A DNA stretch of 63,667 bases, filler included, from Choristocarpus tenellus KU-1152 (lineage: Eukaryota; Protista; Phaeophyceae): NCBI GenBank assembly GCA_964200185.2. It is 12 parts of 12 records of this genome, joined end to end, with 100 filler letters (N's around TTAATTAATTAA, not from the genome) between each part and the next. Parts side by side here need not be neighbours in the genome. Positions count along the whole stretch, not along the records: positions 60,533 to 63,667 come from CAXNAD020022072.1; 11 more parts are not named here. The stretch is one strand, 5' to 3'. Below are positions 62,635 to 63,667 of this stretch, in pieces. The position numbers were made by a program, and so were the translations under genes. The notes beneath the pieces were generated by a model. It saw nothing but the letters and a program-made list of their open reading frames with translations, made no database searches and was not told the origin of the DNA. Within the stretch, counting starts at the first letter, position 1. Every line of letters starts with the position of its first letter.

Positions 62635-62749
62635 TATCAGTGTATTCATTCATGCACACCGTGCGTAGTTGTGCTACGCAACTTTCAACTGATACATAGT
62701 GCCAAGGGTTTTCGTCGGGCCAGGCAGGCCAGGCAGTTAGTTGAAACGG

Positions 62750-62932
62750 TCAATGGCCATGGACCCGGTCGTGTTCAAACTTGGTTGTACATTGTCGGTA
62801 GCGTCCCTGGCCATGTTGAGTAGGCGATGGCCATGGACTCGGCCGTGTTCAAACTCTGTTGTACATGGCTGTCCAGTGACCCCGGTCGTACTGAGCAAAC
62901 GATGGCTATGGACTCAGCCATATTTTGAACGT
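62750..62932. repeat. Three diverged ~75-bp tandem units (third partial)
   Basis: ATGGCCATGGAC.CGG.CGTGTTCAAAC...GTTGTACAT at about 62753, 62827 and 62902. Confidence 0.7.
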
Positions 62933-63667
62933 TTTATCTATGGCCAGCGAGGTAATAGTTTTTTTACACTCAGGCTGGCAACGTCATGTCCACGCCTCCC
63001 TATTTTTTATGTTTTACCGCTGTTGAATATTGTATGTAGTGATATTTTATGTTATTGCATATTTGTTTTTATTTAGGATATTAAAATTGTACTTTTTTAT
63101 ACTAGTACATTGTCGGGGTGTCTGAGGTGATTTGTCATCCGTGTGTGTGTGTGTGTGTGTGTCACATTATAACACATAGTGGACATGGTCTGGACATGCA
63201 AAAAAGAAAAGAAAAAAAGTTAAGACAGGCCAGCAGTGGACGTGGACTAGGAAGATGTGTTTAATTATTGTGGGACCAGTCCGGTTGGCGGATGGGACTT
63301 TCTTTTTAATTTTCCGGCCTGGTGAAAAGTCCTGGATAGTATAGTGGTACAGCTACTAAGCGAGTAAAAATAAAAATGCATGCAAGTTTTTTTCTTAACA
63401 TTTACAATAATAAATGAATCAAAAAGTACACACAGGATTTTAGTACGGTAATGCGCTGTGGTGAGGATCGAGGCGAAATTGTAAGATGTACTTAACCATG
63501 TATGCAGTACATGTATGCAGTACACCCCTTGCACCCTTGGGAGGGAAAGAAGCGCCCGTCTCCCCCGAGATGTATAGTGTTTGGTGGTGGTCATGTAGAC
63601 TGGCTGGCATGACGCGCTCTCCGGCCCGCCCCCCCCCCACAACCCCCCGCCCCCCCCGACGCCTCTC

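Overview
Eukaryotic, intron-rich and transposon-rich DNA, most likely from a photosynthetic stramenopile such as a brown alga. The evidence is a bipartite ASAF-type plastid presequence, long GT-AG introns and interstitial TTAGGG tracts. The window is not contiguous: it is 12 short contigs (about 3-11 kb) joined by eleven artificial 100-bp N44-TTAATTAATTAA-N44 spacers, so adjacency across a spacer is meaningless. Host genes, all partial: the C-terminal exons of an AFG2/SPATA5-type AAA ATPase, six 5' exons of a plastid-targeted ABC-F ATPase head-to-head with a probable fibrillin, and one thymidylate synthase exon. Mobile DNA: a DD39D mariner relic, copia and gypsy relics (one gypsy with a nested solo LTR and four MITEs), IS630/Tc1-like transposase fragments, a seven-exon Sola/DUF7869-type transposase, and 18 copies of two related MITE subfamilies with a shared AAAGTATC TIR core and mixed 3/4-bp TSDs. 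The most unusual content is two divergent spliced genes, on separate contigs, encoding ParB/Srx-fold-like domains (DGNHR and NGQHR, no sulfiredoxin Cys). Each reading frame is restored across its MITE site by removing the MITE, and each gene has a tandem array upstream; one array is made of iterated palindromes. All calls come from manual reading of motifs and splice phases, with no database searches.
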